Positions 1 through 14,304 of a stretch of 64,000 bases of DNA are shown piece after piece. The notes under the pieces are model-generated. The model saw only the letters and a program-made list of their open reading frames with translations. It searched no databases and was not told where the DNA came from. A program made the translations under genes and the position numbers. The DNA comes from Eledone cirrhosa (taxonomy: Eukaryota): positions 63,612,001-63,676,000 of the forward strand of contig OZ024740.1 of NCBI GenBank assembly GCA_964016885.1, written 5' to 3'. The stretch's first letter is position 1, and every line of letters starts with the position of its first letter.

Positions 1-434
1 GATGTAGGATAAATTTATTGTACATTCTGAAATCTGAAACTTTTTAACCCTTAACCTCCTGTACCACATTCTTGAAAAGTATTATAACTGCTTTACATTA
101 CGATTGAAAGTACCATCACTGCATTACATTACGAATGAAAGTATTTATTCTTATGTTGCCACTTTTCACAAGGAACTGTACGCTAGCAAAGACTACAAAC
201 TTTTGAATCAACACTCCTGCTTTTAAAACTAACGCAAAGATCAGAATGAACTCACCACCATAATATATTCTTCTTCATAGCCTTTAGTTGACGCATAGGA
301 TTATTCGTCGTCGTCATCGTAGGAGGAGGAAGAAGAGGGAGAATAGGGGGAGATGGAAGAGGCGTGAAAGAAAGAAAAGAGGAGTATATAGTTTAAAGTC
401 TTTGGATATGTGGTGGAACACGTTCATAGATAAT

Positions 435-618
435 TGTTTCTACTTTAGGCACAAGGCCAGCAATTACCCAGTGCATTACTGGTACTTTATTTTAACGACC
501 CCGTAAGGATGAAAGGCAAAGTCAACCTCGGCGGGATTTGAACTCAGATCGTAAAGGGACGTAACTATGCTGGAAAGCATGGCGTCCGACCCTCTACCGA
601 TACTGCCAATCCACCGCC
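435..618 (-). mobile_element. tRNA-derived SINE (major family in this window) with 18-bp TSD
   Basis: Minus strand begins GGCGGTGGATTGGCAGTATCGG (A box), then GAGTTCAAATCCC (B box) and a conserved body CTTTGCCTTTCATCCTTACGGGGTCG. AACACGTTCATAGATAAT is duplicated at 417-434 and 619-636. Related copies or fragments lie near 4.4, 13.1, 28.4, 29.3, 29.7, 32.6, 33.1, 34.8-35.0, 38.3, 38.7, 40.0, 41.8, 57.4 and 57.8 kb. Confidence 0.9.
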
Positions 619-1933
619 AACACGTTCATAGATAATACTCTAAAATCCTTTTTAGCAAAAGCACTATAATACATATTTTTAGACAAACCAGTCGGAATGT
701 TTTCCAAACACTTCAAACAAAATCTGAGATTTTACCATGAACTTTATATTCACTTATGCCGAGATTTGGATGAACATCCCGCCATACTCAATTCGCCTCC
801 AGTTATTGATGTAACATTGCCAACTGTTTCACAGTCATCTAAACAGAACAGCATTTAAAGAACAATTTACGTTGATAAATATTTTTTCTTCCCGGTGATT
901 ATGGTAATTAACATTAGAACATTAGACATTAGAAAAGAATCTTTTTGAAATCTTTTGAATAAAAGAACTCAAATAAAGTAAAATTGAATTACTTTCCTGA
1001 GATAATACGCCAATTTCAAATATTTCAATGAATGCCGAGTGAAATAATTGGTTACAATAAAAATTCAATATGTAGATTCCATAAAATATAACAAAACAAA
1101 ATTGATAATAATAATACAAATTCTTCGATTTTTGCAATGAATAACATTTATTGAATTTGCTTACTCTGCTGTTCTGTTCGCTGACAATAAAACACATGAA
1201 CGAGATGTATCATAAATTATAAAAGATATATTTTTTAAATTCTATTTCGCCATTAAAAATTAGTCGCTAAATCTTACTTTTCTCCTACTTCTGAAAATAT
1301 AATTAAAATTTAGAAATATCGGGTTCAAAGTATTTTGATTACTTGCTGAAATTTCTACTGTTTGTAACAATGAAAATAATGTAGTCGGGAGAAGAACTAG
1401 TCTAATCAGAATAAATAGAATAAGCGTACCTTTGTTCGAGTTCATATGCACTTACGGACGATTTCAATCACATCGTTTAAAAATAATTCCAGAAGACAAT
1501 GATATTGGGTTCCCCAATGTGTTGGATATCGACCCTCAGAGGTTGAAGGGACTACTCAGAGTGTCGATTGAACTTATACAAGTTTGTGAATAATATGCCT
1601 TTTTTCTATATATTAAGTTTACTGTTTTTACTTATTCCACGAAGAGGTCAATGGTATAAAAATTTGGAGATCACTGGGCTTCCAGGGTTTGGGGATTGAG
1701 CTTAAATCCACTGCATACATATTGTGTATTTCGGAAATATATTTGATATTGCATAGCGTACTAAATAATACATCTTTGGAAAATGTGTTCGTAGTGATAG
1801 AATAGCATTCTAACCATTTAAAAACTGTTTTACTCGTGTAGGTAATATCATAAAGTTGGAACTAAAACTACAGGGTATATAGAAACCATTTATCATACCA
1901 TCAGGTAAGTTATTTTTTAAATATTTTTATGTG

Positions 1934-1938
<5 letters not shown>

Positions 1939-2017
<79 letters not shown>
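1939..2017. repeat. (TC)n(TA)n compound microsatellite
   Basis: Read directly; many similar (TA)n, (CA)n, (GA)n and (CATA)n tracts occur throughout the window. Confidence 0.95.
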
Positions 2018-2020
<3 letters not shown>

Positions 2021-2595
2021 CGCCCTCTCTCCTCTAGCCTTTTCTCTCCTACCTCTCTCTCCCTCGCCTTCTCTCTCGTACTCTCCCTCTGTGTACTTCT
2101 CTCTATTCAATTAAAGAGACATATAATTTGATAGTCATTTGCTCAAGTATTTCTATCAACTAATTGGAGCTTAATACGTTCGATTCATTAACGTTGAGAA
2201 TTACTGAAGCTTTTTGGTAGAAACTACACAATCGAAAGACTGATTGACAGAATGTAAAAAAGGCGTAGAAAGTCTGAAATAAATACACAGATTCGAGTTG
2301 GGGGAAATAATTTCTTATGCGGGGAAATAGATAAAGTCAATAGACTGGTATATTCTTTTTTTTACTTCCATTGGAGTAGTAAAGTTTCCTTCTTTATTTA
2401 TTTCCCTCCCATACTCTATTATACATAGCTCCGTATTTTGAAGGCTCCAGGAACATATCAGGGTATTCGGTCAATTCTTTTCGTGATGCTGTGTGGAGGG
2501 GGAGTCTATTAGAAGAGGTTGCATCAGTCAACATTTATTTTTATTTTTGAAGAAGCGATGCTTCTTATGGTATATTATGGCCAATTCAGAGGTAG

Positions 2596-4335
2596 TGGGG
2601 AGGAAGGGATAAGACAATAGGAGAAATGAGGGGTGGAAGGGATAAGACAATAGGAGAAATGGGGGGTGGAAGGGATAAGACAATAGGAGAAATGGGGAGT
2701 GGAAGGGATAAGACAATAGGAGAAATGGGGTGGAAGGGATAAGACAATAGGAGAAATGGGGGGTGGAAGGGATAAGACAATAGGAGAAATGGGGTGGAAG
2801 GGATAAGACAATAGGAGAAATGGAGGGTGGAAGGGATAAGACAATAGGAGAAATGGGGTGGAAGGGATAAGACAATAGGAGAAATGGGGTGGAAGGGATA
2901 AGACAATAGGAGAAATGGGGGGTGGAAGGGATAAGACAATAGGAGAAATGGGGAGTGGAAGGGATAAGACAATAGGAAAAATGGGGTGGAAGGGATAAGA
3001 CAATAGGAGAAATGGGGGGTGGAAGGGATAAGACAATAGGAGAAATGGGGTGGAAGGGATAAGACAATAGGAGAAATGGAGGGTGGAAGGGATAAGACAA
3101 TAGGAGAAATGGGGTGGAAGGGATAAGACAATAGGAGAAATGGGGTGGAAGGGATAAGACAATAGGAGAAATGGGGGGTGGAAGGGATAAGACAATAGGA
3201 GAAATGGGGAGTGGAAGGGATAAGACAATAGGAAAAATGGGGTGGAAGGGATAAGACAATAGGAGAAATGGGGGGTGGAAGGGATAAGACAATAGGAGAA
3301 ATGGGGTGGAAGGGATAAGACAATAGGAGAAATGGAGGGTGGAAGGGATAAGACAATAGGAGAAATGGGGTGGAAGGGATAAGACAATAGGAGAAATGGG
3401 GTGGAAGGGATAAGACAATAGGAGAAATGGGGGGTGGAAGGGATAAGACAATAGGAGAAATGAGGTGGAAGGGATAAGACAATAGGAGAAATGAGGTGGA
3501 AGGGATAAGACAATAGGAGAAATGGGGGGTGGAAGGGATAAGACAATAGGAGAAATGGGGGGTGGAAGGGATAAGACAATAGGAGAAATGGGGGATGGAA
3601 GGGATAAGACAATAGGAGAAATGGGGGTGGAAGGGATAAGACAATAGGAGAAATGGGGTGGAAGAGATAAGACAATAGGAGAAATGGGGGGTGGAAGGGA
3701 TAAGACAATAGGAGAAATGGGGTGGAAGGGATAAGACAATAGGAGAAATGGGGGTGGAAGGGATAAGACAATAGGAGAAATGGGGGGTGGAAGGGATAAG
3801 ACAATAGGAGAAATGGGGGGTGGAAGGGATAAGACAATAGGAGAAATGGGGGGTGGAAGGGATAAGACAATAGGAGAAATGGGGTGGAAGGGATAAGACA
3901 ATAGGAGAAATGGGGGGTGGAAGGGATAAGGCAATAGGAGAAATGGGGTGGAAGGGATAAGACAATAGGAGAAATGGGGGGTGGAAGGGATAAGACAATA
4001 GGAAAAATGGGGTGGAAGGGATAAGACAATAGGAGAAATGGGGTGGAAGGGATAAGACAATAGGAGAAATGGGGGGTGGAAGGGATAAGACAATAGGAGA
4101 TATGAGGTGGAAGGGATAAGACAATAGGAGAAATGGGGTGGAAGGGATAAGACAATAGGAGAAATGGGGTGGAAGGGATAAGACAATAGGAGAAACGGGG
4201 GGTGGAAGGGATAAGACAATAGGAGAAATGGGGTGGAAGGGATAAGACAATAGGAGAAATGGGGGTGGAAGGGATAAGACAATGGGAAAAATGGGGGTGG
4301 AAGGGATAAGACAATAGGAGAAATGGTGGTGGAAG
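2596..4335 (+). repeat. G-rich minisatellite, 31-33 bp unit TGGAAGGGATAAGACAATAGGAGAAATG(4-6), about 54 copies
   Basis: Direct tandem periodicity; unit length varies with the G run. It explains the three overlapping spurious minus-strand ORFs. Confidence 0.97.
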
Positions 4336-4775
4336 AGAGAAAGGAGGATGAGGAGAATGGAGAGAGAAGGAAGGAAGGAAGCGAGAAGAATCTACACCAG
4401 TAAATAACTGGTACTTTATCGACCACGGAGAGATAAAAGGCAAAGTAGATGTGGATAGAATTTGGATGTAGAAAGGGACGTAACTAAATAACACAATGTA
4501 TATTGTCCAACGTTTTATTGATTCTGACATCCACCTACCCATCATATATGTGTATATATATATATAGTGGTGGAACACTGGAAGGTAATATCCGTAGTGG
4601 TAGAGCACTCAGTCCAAGGGACGAGTTAGGTAGAAGTAGTTACACAACAGTTAGTTCACCATACCGAGAACAATTGTTTCACCTTCGCGGATCTTCAGCT
4701 CGGGATGTGTATGGTTATAGGAACAGGAAGGACAACCGTACGAACGCGCATACGCAGAAACTCGGTCACTTGGAA

Positions 4776-5197
4776 ATTATTTGAGATAGTACCTAGTGCG
4801 CCTATGACAATCGGGACGACCTTGATTTCATGGCAGTTCCAAATCCTTTTCAACTCCCACTTTAAGTGCTGGTATTGGTTAATTTCTCTCTCTCCTTTTC
4901 TTGCACTCTCGTGTCAAATAGGCAGGCTACATCTACAATCCGGCACGATTTTTTTTCCTTGTCCAAAACCACCAGGTAAAGCCTATTGTGTTCTAATTTC
5001 TTGTCCGCCTGTATCCTAAAATCCCATAGCACCTTCACCTGATCGTTTTCTATCGCAGACTCTGGCTTATGCTCATACCACTTCTCAGAATGTGGTAAAT
5101 TGTTTGCTTTGCATAGATGCTAGTGGATCACCCTGCCTATCACATCATGTCTCCAGCCTTTATAGTGAGTCTGGGCGAAGTATTTACACTCGGATAC
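4776..5197 (-). mobile_element. Fragment of an R4/Dong-clade non-LTR retrotransposon, restriction-like endonuclease (RLE) region
   Basis: Minus-strand translation with lesions: RHDVIGRVIH..KWYEHKPES..KVLWDFRIQADKKLEHNRLYLVVLDKEKKSCRIVDVAC..VVPIVIGALGTIS. The 5'-truncated end abuts (AAT)n. Confidence 0.8.
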
Positions 5198-5431
5198 ATT
5201 ATTATTATTATTATTGAATGCTATGGTTGACGGAGGCTCGGCTCTGTAAGGTATTGTAAATTTTGAACGCTATAACAATTGTAAATTGTTTAAAACTTAA
5301 ACCAACTTGTAGACAAAGACACCCTCCTCCTCGTGAGAGGGGTCTTTCTGACCGTTATTTGGCCCTTCGGGGTTAAATAACTGCTTATTGGGGTTTTGTA
5401 CCCAATATTTATTTTAAACAAAAAAAACAAC

Positions 5432-7507
5432 ATGGCTACGAAAAAGAATTTGCATAGGTCACTCCCACTCATTCCGTCTTCTTCTTCCCCAATCGTCACT
5501 ACAGCAGAGAGAAGATTGTCTCTCTCCCTCCCTTCTTTAAATGTGTCTCTCTCCCTCCCTTCTCTTTCGCAAGCGACGACAGAAAAGAAAAGTCTCGTGC
5601 AAAGCGTGCAAGATTTCTCCACGACGACGACGACAACGACGAAACAGGTGTGCGGGAAATACGAAAACCCATTTCATTCGTCTGACATCAGGAATAATAG
5701 CAGTAGCAGCCGTAATAACAACAGCAACAGTGACAACGAAAACAACAGTAGCAGCCGCAACAGCATCACCAGCAGCATAAACAACAACAGCAACAGCGGC
5801 GGAGGCAGTAGTCGTAGTACCTGCAGCAACAACAAAAGTAACAGCAGCTCTGACGACAACAACAACAGCAGCAAAGAAAAACCAATCTCGTTTGCAGGTA
5901 TCGCGAAGAACCTGGAAACAATCCTCATAACAAATGAGGAATTAGAGGAAGCGAAGAAGATGGTGACAAAAACTGGACACCGAGCAATCTGCAAGGCAGC
6001 GGAAAATTTTTTCGAAACCCAACAGCACTGTACGGTCACGTACCGTACAGTAAGTACAAAATCCCGTAGGGTTGAAAGAGCCACAGAGGCTCAAATACAA
6101 AAAGCCTTGGGGTCTGTGTGGCAGCGGAAAACGCACATCACCCGAGGCAAAAAATATGCCACCGTAGACGTACTTTTTGCCACACCCCAGGAGGCAAAGG
6201 CTCAATCCGTAGTGACCCTAAGGAGCGAGGAAATGGTGTTGGTGCCCTCCTACTGCAGGCAAAAAATTGTGAGGGTCAAACTGACCCACGTCACCCCCCC
6301 CCCTCCCGGGATGGCCTCTTCTTGGCTGGCCGCGTCTTCCCTCGTCGGAATCGAGGACAAAACAACTGTACTGCAAGTACAGAAAAAAGTAAGAGAAGAT
6401 TAGGTCGGCACCTCCATTGAGAGGTTAATCCAAACCAACCAGGAGTGCATCGAAGCTATCTCGGATGTGATAGACTTCGATAACGGCACTCAACTGCCCA
6501 TAAGTGTTGAGGGCAAACGCCCGAAATGCTTTCGCTGTGAATCGAAGACTCACCTCAGGGCCTTCTGCAACGAGAAGACCCTGAGAAAGGAGAAAACCCC
6601 CCTCCTTCCGAAACCGGCTCCACGGCTACCAGCAACAGAACAAGCGGCAACCAGGAACGATAGGTCCGTGGCACCCATACCCACGCCACGGAAATCAAAA
6701 ACAGCAGCAGCAGTGGAAATATTAACAACAACAACAGCAATACCAAATGCAGCTGCAACAGAGACTCCAGTGCAAACATCACCAACAACAACAAGTGAAA
6801 GAGTGGAGCTGGTACCCCTCCCCGACCTCACAGAATCAGACATGGAGTGTGAGGTGGGAGAGGGATGGCAAAAGGTCGTAAGAAGGCACAAACGCAGAAG
6901 CAGCGCATCGTCGCCTTTGAAAAGGGAGGAAAGAAATGAGAAAAGGGTAAAGTCTACTGCAAAGAGACTCACAGCAGCAACACCACCAACACCATCACCA
7001 CCCACACTAGCACCACCATCACCACCGGCGACAACCCCACCGCCAACAACACCTTCAACACCACCACCACAAGCACCAACATCGCAAACACAACAACAAA
7101 ACACACACACCCAGCAACAACGACAAGAAAATAGCAGAACCACACCCCACCCCCAGAAAAACAAATGCACGGCAATAAATACACACAACAAGAAACTAAT
7201 GACTTACATAATTGAACACACAGACATTTCACAACACGACTACATAATACCAGCACCAATCAAAACGCCAACTAACATAAGACTGCTAAAAATAGCACAG
7301 AAACAATACACAAACATTAAAACGAAATTCCCCAACGCAGTTGGTGATTTCAGGGACCTAGGAGGAACTATCAATCGAAGAGTATATTCGGACATACTCA
7401 TAGAAGAGCCGACGACCAGCCGAAGGGACGATTCAACGGTCCCTTCACCAGACGATCAAGTGAAAAGGGATATAAAAACCATCCCTCCTCTACGAAAAGT
7501 ACGGTAA
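5432..7507 (+). pseudogene. Tx1-type ORF1 (gag-like, CCHC zinc knuckle) with one in-frame TAG at 6401-6403
   Basis: ORFs 5396-6403 and 6467-7507 are in the same frame; CFRCESKTHLRAFC matches CX2CX4HX4C; Ser/Asn-rich and Pro/Thr-rich low-complexity stretches. Confidence 0.8.
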
Positions 7508-7542
7508 GTGGTCTTTCCCATCTTTTCCACTCTATTTTAAAC

Positions 7543-10500
7543 ATGACCTCACTCAGAATAGGCAGCATAAATGCGCGTGGCTTGGGGTCGTCATGGAAGC
7601 AGGGTCACCTGCTCAACGACCTCAGGTCACTAAACATAGATGTAGTGGCCATCAGCGAGACCAGAATCTCCGAAGCACGGGCCTTCGCACCGATCTTCGG
7701 CGGCTACGATGTGTACGCATCTCCCAGCCGTCCTGGATCGGGGGGAGGGGGAGTTGCTGTGCTTTTTCGGAGAGGTTTGGATCTCGCCATACGGGCCATC
7801 TTCCTGGACCCAGAGGGTAAGCTGGTGGTGTTGGACGTGACCAGCGGAGACGGGCAAGCTTTCAGGCTAGTGGCCGTCTATGCCCCGACAGGAGCAGGGC
7901 GGCCTGATTTCTTCCGGCGTCTGGAGACCTTTCTTGGAATGTCCCGCTCCTTAGTGTTAGTGGGCGACTGGAACGGGATCTTAGATGCATGCTGGGACTG
8001 TGTGGGATTAGCGGATAGGGGTGGAGGGTGCAAGAGCCTCACCAACCTGCTCAGGCGTTTTGAACTGTCTGACAGGTACCGATTGGAATTCCCGAATGTG
8101 CCAATGTGGACTTGGACAAATCGCATAGGGTCATCCAGATCATATCTAGATAGAGTATTTTGTAGGGAAATAGATAGGTCTAGCATAGGCTGTCCACAAT
8201 TCAAGATAGTCAGCTACACGGACCACAAATTCGTGATCTGTGTGCTTGACTTAGATAGGATTCATAGATGAGGACCCGGCTACTGGAAGCTAAACGCGTC
8301 CTTACCAGCGCGCAAGGCCTACAGAGACCGGATTAGCGAACTAGTTAAGCGGGCGTTGACGGGGGAGATCGTCAACAACAAGTGGTGGTTTGCTGTGAAA
8401 AGAGCGATTAGAATAGAATCCATTAGGTTTAGTAAGGCTTTAGCAATAGAGAAAAATAGAGCAGAGGGAGAACTAGTTAGAAAATTAGACGAGGCGCTTA
8501 GCAAAGGCATTGCCACCGACGTGCTTGCGGCGAAATTGGCCCTTGACCAATTCTTCAATGCAAAGCACGAAGGCTGCGTTGTCAGAGCAAGGGTGCGTGC
8601 TCTCAGACACGAGGGGACGAAAGCCGTTCAATGGGCCCGAGTGGCGGAGGCGCGTCGTGGCAACAAAGCCACGATCCGGTCTTTGGTGGACCACGACGGG
8701 CGCATGCTACTTGATCCCGGGCAAATGTGTGAAGCTTTTCAGCGACACTTCGCTCAGCTGTTCGGGGGCAGCGGTGGGCCGGGTCGAGGGATGGACTTTA
8801 GTGTCTACCTCGACGGACTGCCGCGGCTCTCGGCCACTGAGGCGAAGTGTTGCGAAAAGCCGATAACAGCCGCTGAAGTAAGGGAGGCAATGACTGGCTG
8901 CACAAGGGGTAAATCGCCTGGTTTGGATGGTCTGCCCTATGAACTTTACGTACAGATGCCAGACTTGTTCGGAGGCCTCTTGGCGGACGTCTACTGCAAC
9001 TGGCAACAGAACGGGAGAATGCCCAGTTCTGTGAGCCAAGGAGCGGTGGCACTGCTGAGAAAGGATCCGAACAAGGGGGATAACATAGATAATTTCCGGC
9101 CCATAACTCTGCTAAACACAGAGTTCAAGATTTTGGCCAAGGTGCTAGCAAAGAGGTTGGCGCTTGTCGTTGGTGGTCTGGTGGGCGAGGCGCAGACATG
9201 CGCCATTCCCGACAGATCCATCCACGACAACCTCCACCTCATGCGATACATCGTAGAGAGGGTAGCTAGGGAACCTGGCACGGGTGGGTCCTTGATCAAT
9301 TTAGATCAGTCGAAAGCTTTCGATAGGGTCGACCATCGTTACCTAGCGGCAGTCCTGAGGGCGGCTGGCTTTGGGCCCGTCTTCAGAGGCTGGATCGCTG
9401 CCATGCACAGCGACATCTGCTCTGTGGTGAGAGTGAACGGTCACCTGTCGGAACCGTTCAACATCATGCGCTCGGTCCGCCAAGGATGTCCCCTCTCGTC
9501 CCTCTTGTACGTACTGACTCTCGAGCCATTACTGCACAAACTGGAGACGTTGGGGGTCCCCGCGCGAACTAGGATGCGGAAGATCCGTGTCAGCATATGC
9601 GGACGATGTCACCGTAGTGGTGTCGAACGCCAAACACATCGAGGCGATCGGCACTACACTAAGAGAATACGAAGCGGTGACAGGAGCAATGATCAACCAG
9701 GAAAAGTCAGTGGGCCTGCAGCTCGGCACCTGGAGAGGCAGGTCCTTGCCGTCCAACAGCGTCGTCGGACGCTGGACGGACGGACCGGTTAAATTGCTAG
9801 GGGTCTGGTTCGGTCCGGACCTCCAGACGGACAAAAACTGGGACGAGGTGACGAGCAGGGTGGCTTCTCTCACCCAGAAATGGGCGGAGAGGAAGCTATC
9901 CCTGAAAGGTCGAGCGGAGGTGGCTAACGCGTACATCGCGTCTGTCATCTGCTACCGCCTGACCGTCGTACCTTGTCCTAAGCCTCGCCTGACTGCGCTG
10001 GAGCGTTTGCTCTTTCGCTTTTTGTGGAAGGGACGCGCTCCGATGGTCAGGCGGTCCATCTGTTGTCAACACCCGCTACGTGGAGGGCTGGGCATGCCGT
10101 GGCTGATGATGCGCAGGCACGCGCTCAGGCTACGACATCTCCACCTCTTCCTCGGCGGTGATCAGGTGTGGTCGCCGTTTGCTAGACACGTCTTTCCCCA
10201 GCTCGTTTCATTGGCGGAGCTGCAGTCCTGGATCAAGCGAAGACCGAGAGGGAGCGCCTGGAGACTAGAATGTCTACAGGCGCTCACAGCCCTCGACCAA
10301 TCGGGCAATGTGATCGGTGGAAACTCCACCTCGGCGTTCTATAGAGGATTAGTGGAGGGGAAGAGCAACGACGTACTTGGGGAAACTCTAGGCGTCGACG
10401 AAAATCAACTAGCCAATCTCTTCGGAAGAACTTTCAGGCCGGGACTATGGACAACTTCCAGAAATCTCTGGCCTGGCAGTGCTACCGAGGAGCCTTGCCA

Positions 10501-10960
10501 GTTCGGGATAAACTCTACAGGCATGGAGGTGCCGTCAGCCAGGCATGTCCGAGATGCGCGCAGGGCGACGAAACCGTCCTGCACGCACTCGTCCAGTGTC
10601 CGAAAATTGCTGACTTGTGGGTTTATGTCGAACACCTGCTGTCGCGTTTAGGACGGATCCGGCTATCATCTGAGTCCATCGTGAGGATTGCCCCGCCCTC
10701 CTCCTTTAGCCGGGAAGGGCAGGCAGTTTTTATCTGTCTGGTGACCATGGCGAAAGAGATAGTATGGTGGACACGTTTGAAAGGGCTGAAGACGAGCACT
10801 TACCTCTTCGGTGATGCTCTGATTGACTTTTTCAAATTTCATTTGAAAAGGAAAATCAGAGTAGAGAGGGAAGCTCTCTTCCCAGCATTTTGTTGAAAGA
10901 TGGGTGAGAGAAGCAAGAATGGCCCGAGTGAATGGGCCTACTCTGAGTATATATCTGTAA
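7543..10960 (+). pseudogene. Tx1-type ORF2 (APE endonuclease, reverse transcriptase, C-terminal zinc finger), disrupted
   Basis: APE motifs SINARGL, GDWN, SYLDR and TDH; in-frame TGA at 8269-8271 followed by GPGYWKLN; RT motifs KSPGLDG, FRPITLLN, KAFDRV, RQGCPLS and YADD (about 9596); CPRC..ETVLHALVQC. Frameshifts near 9555, 10443 and 10890. Confidence 0.92.
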
Positions 10961-11214
10961 ATTAAAGGTGGAAAACTGGGAGAGGGCACTTGCCTTGGTG
11001 GTCAGGGTCATTGTGGCCTTTTACTGGGCTTTCTCCACAAATGTCCCTCCGAAGTCTCCCCCCTATTGGGGAATTTTTCATTGTTATTTTTTGTTACATC
11101 CTCTGTTTTTGTTTTTTACACGCAGAAATGCCCATTTGTACTGTCCTGTATTGTCCTGCACTGTCCTTAATGTCTACTTTATGTAAACCCTTGTGGTTAA
11201 TAAAGAAATCATTA

Positions 11215-11340
<126 letters not shown>

Positions 11341-11479
11341 CTATATATATATATATATTTTAGTTGAGACAGTAAACAAAAAAACAACAAAACAACAACG
11401 TGGAAGCGAAGAGGCAGTACAAAATGTTAATATTAGTTTCACGCTTGAGAGGGGGGGGGTATATATATATACTGATACT

Positions 11480-11705
11480 GAAGTCGCGTGGTCAGTTGAT
11501 TAAGTTGTTGGACATACGAGCATAAAATCTTAGATTCGTTTCCCAGACCGAATGGCGCGATGTGTCTTTAAGCAAGACACATCATTTCAAATTATTCCAT
11601 TTTACTCAGATGTGAATGAGAAAATAGGATCAGCTCTGGCCCTCATCCAACTCGTAATAGGATAGAAAAACAGACGTAAAACCGATGATGATGATGATGA
11701 TGGTG
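11480..11705 (+). mobile_element. Degenerate tRNA-derived SINE, second family (GAGCAAGACAC core) with (GAT)n tail
   Basis: tRNA-like head plus core TGTCTTTAAGCAAGACAC. Related copies at about 30010-30140 (+), 39558-39845 (+) and 48620-48722 (-). Confidence 0.65.
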
Positions 11706-14260
11706 GTCATGACGACAACAATGTTGATGATGATGAGGACGAGGATGATATCCTTTTATTCTTTAATGGCTTCAGTCATTGGAGTGCAGAAATGCTAGGA
11801 CACCAACCCCGTATTATATTAAAACAAATATATTTATACAAAAGCAAAAACGAAAATAATTCAGTTAATTATGAGTGTATCTATTTTCTGTACAATTAGA
11901 TGACGTTATAACACCCTTCTGAGTTTACACTTAAATCAACCATTACTGTGTTGAAAAGTTTTTTATATGATTCTTTTTTTCTGGATTTGTTTGCATGAAA
12001 TAATTTTAGATGGATGAATGTTGTGATAATTAGTCGCCATTGTTGTTATCGAATATAATTACCAAATTCTTAATAACACACACAGATCTTCATTTGGATG
12101 GTTTCAAATTTTAAGTTTTAATTTATTTTTAAGTTCATTTTTCCGTCTATTCCAATCTCATTTGGCTAATTAAAGCTTTTATTTTTAACAAATCTTAAGT
12201 ATTAATAAGCCTATCTCTCAAGAGATCAAAGATTGTCGGCGGATGCTTCTGAGACAATGACAAATTTATTCACATCCATTACATAGTTCCTATTCTCGTT
12301 ATTGCTATTGTTTAAACCAAACATATCTCTAAATAGACCGCAGGAGTAGATTTATGATTAATGACATCTCAACCACAACCATCTCATTTTCTCTTTTTAT
12401 ATATCTATGATTATATTGTGCAATATGTTCTTCCTTGTTTTTAAGTGTTATTTGAGTGATATTTGCCTACTATTTATAGCAGATTTGCCTAGTATTTCTA
12501 TGACCAGGAAAATACATACTGAAAGCTTTTGTGTCTATGTATAATATACTGATATCTTAACTAGAACCAATAAAAGAATCCTCTACGAGGTCTAAAAATA
12601 GCAGCCAAATCCCCCTCAAATCATACTCTTGCACCTAAAAATATTAGATTTATGAAAAAGGGGGTGAGACAGTCATAGTTTCAATGCCTTTGATCATACG
12701 TCTGTTTGACCAGGGCTGACCCGAGGCTAAATCACAACCATAACTGACATCTCATCTGTTGTATGAGTATTATATTACCATGATCGTTGGAAAAGAATTA
12801 TTATTGTTTACAGATTTTATTCATTTATTGCTTTTTCTAATACTTTTTGAGCCATGGTGAAAATGGTCTTATCTGTTTTATTTCATCTACTTTTTTCTCG
12901 TTACCGCTTTTGAAATAAAAGAATATAGAAGAAATGTTTCCCCACAAAACATTATTTCATTTTGTTACGATTATTGTATCAGATTGTATACTTCAATGGC
13001 GAGTGCGAAATACATCGTTTTCTCTTGTTTCAGTTTTGCGGCAAATATTGCAAAATTTAACACGTTAATCATCCATCAGCTTGGCGAGAGATGAAAAGAT
13101 AGAATGTTATCTGGTCGGGAGTGAGTTGAAATCCCGCCGAAGTGAGCTTTGCCGTTCATCTTTACGGGGTTGATAAAATAAAGCCCCAGTTATGCACTGG
13201 CATCGATTTAATTGACCTCCACACAAAAAAAAAAAAATTGTTGGCCTTATGCCTAAAATCAGAAAAAAAAATGATTGTCGGGAGTTGTTACATCAAGGAA
13301 GCTTCATTTTGATTTGTTAGTTTGTCTGTTGGCTGATTGATTGGTTGATCGCGAGTTTGGTTCCTGACCTGGGCGTCACGTTTTGTCATTCAACAGGATT
13401 CCAAGGTTAAAACTTGTCGTGACAGGCCTGGAGCTCATAATCATTAAAACACGCGAGAAACCTATAGAGTGCACCTTCTTCTCAGTTATCTATAATCGTT
13501 AATAATAGAGAAACTTTTTTGTTGACTTCTATAAAACTAGAAGTTGCAGTATTCTCAGTTAGAAAACTATAATATTTTTATATATAACGCATGAACTTGC
13601 CAATAACCAAATGCGAAGTCACAATTTGCAGATAAATAAATAAAAACCTACTACCATTATTGTATCTCATTTTCGGGAAAAATTTAATCTAAATGACCAA
13701 AAGTCGATTTATAAATGTCAATAGTAAACATGTATCTCCTATTAAGTATTGTAATTAAAAGAAACAGCTCAGAGATTATTTTCAGTAAGTTTAATTATTA
13801 GTTAATAGTTTGTTTGAGGCAGCTAGCTGTTTGTTTTAAAAGTTATTGCTTGTTATAGACCGTCATTAGGCTGCTATTTCTAGCGACATTATAAACCTGT
13901 CAAGTAGTCATAATATCTTAAGAGATTTGAGAACGTAATACTACACGTGTTATATCATCATGCTGCCTCAGTTTGGAAACAGTATCTATTATATCTTCTT
14001 CCATTTCTCTTAGACTTGAAGAATTTTACTCCCCTGAAAAGTATGGCGAATTCTTGAATTATTGGTGGTTCCAATAATAATTCTTCCCCATATGAAATCG
14101 AAGGGAGATCGATAGCTAAGCGAAGTTAGATAGAAACATGTTTTCGTCTATCTTGTTTATACTCCCAGTATTAGAATTGTTTCATTCAATTTTAATATAT
14201 AATATATATATATCCATTACTGTGTCGTTTGTTTTGCTATTTTTGTTATTTCTGTTTACC

Positions 14261-14304
<44 letters not shown>

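Larger units (their letters stand above)
5216..11210 (+). mobile_element. Near-full-length L1/Tx1-clade LINE, inactivated
   Basis: Two-ORF layout (zinc-knuckle ORF1; APE-RT-zinc finger ORF2), AATAAA at 11199-11204, (ATT)n on both sides, GC content much higher than the flanks. Confidence 0.9.

Noticed and set aside
2528-4608. Three 554-677 aa minus-strand ORFs
   Set aside because: They are translations of a minisatellite with no stops on that strand; all three frames are open and the peptides are repetitive.
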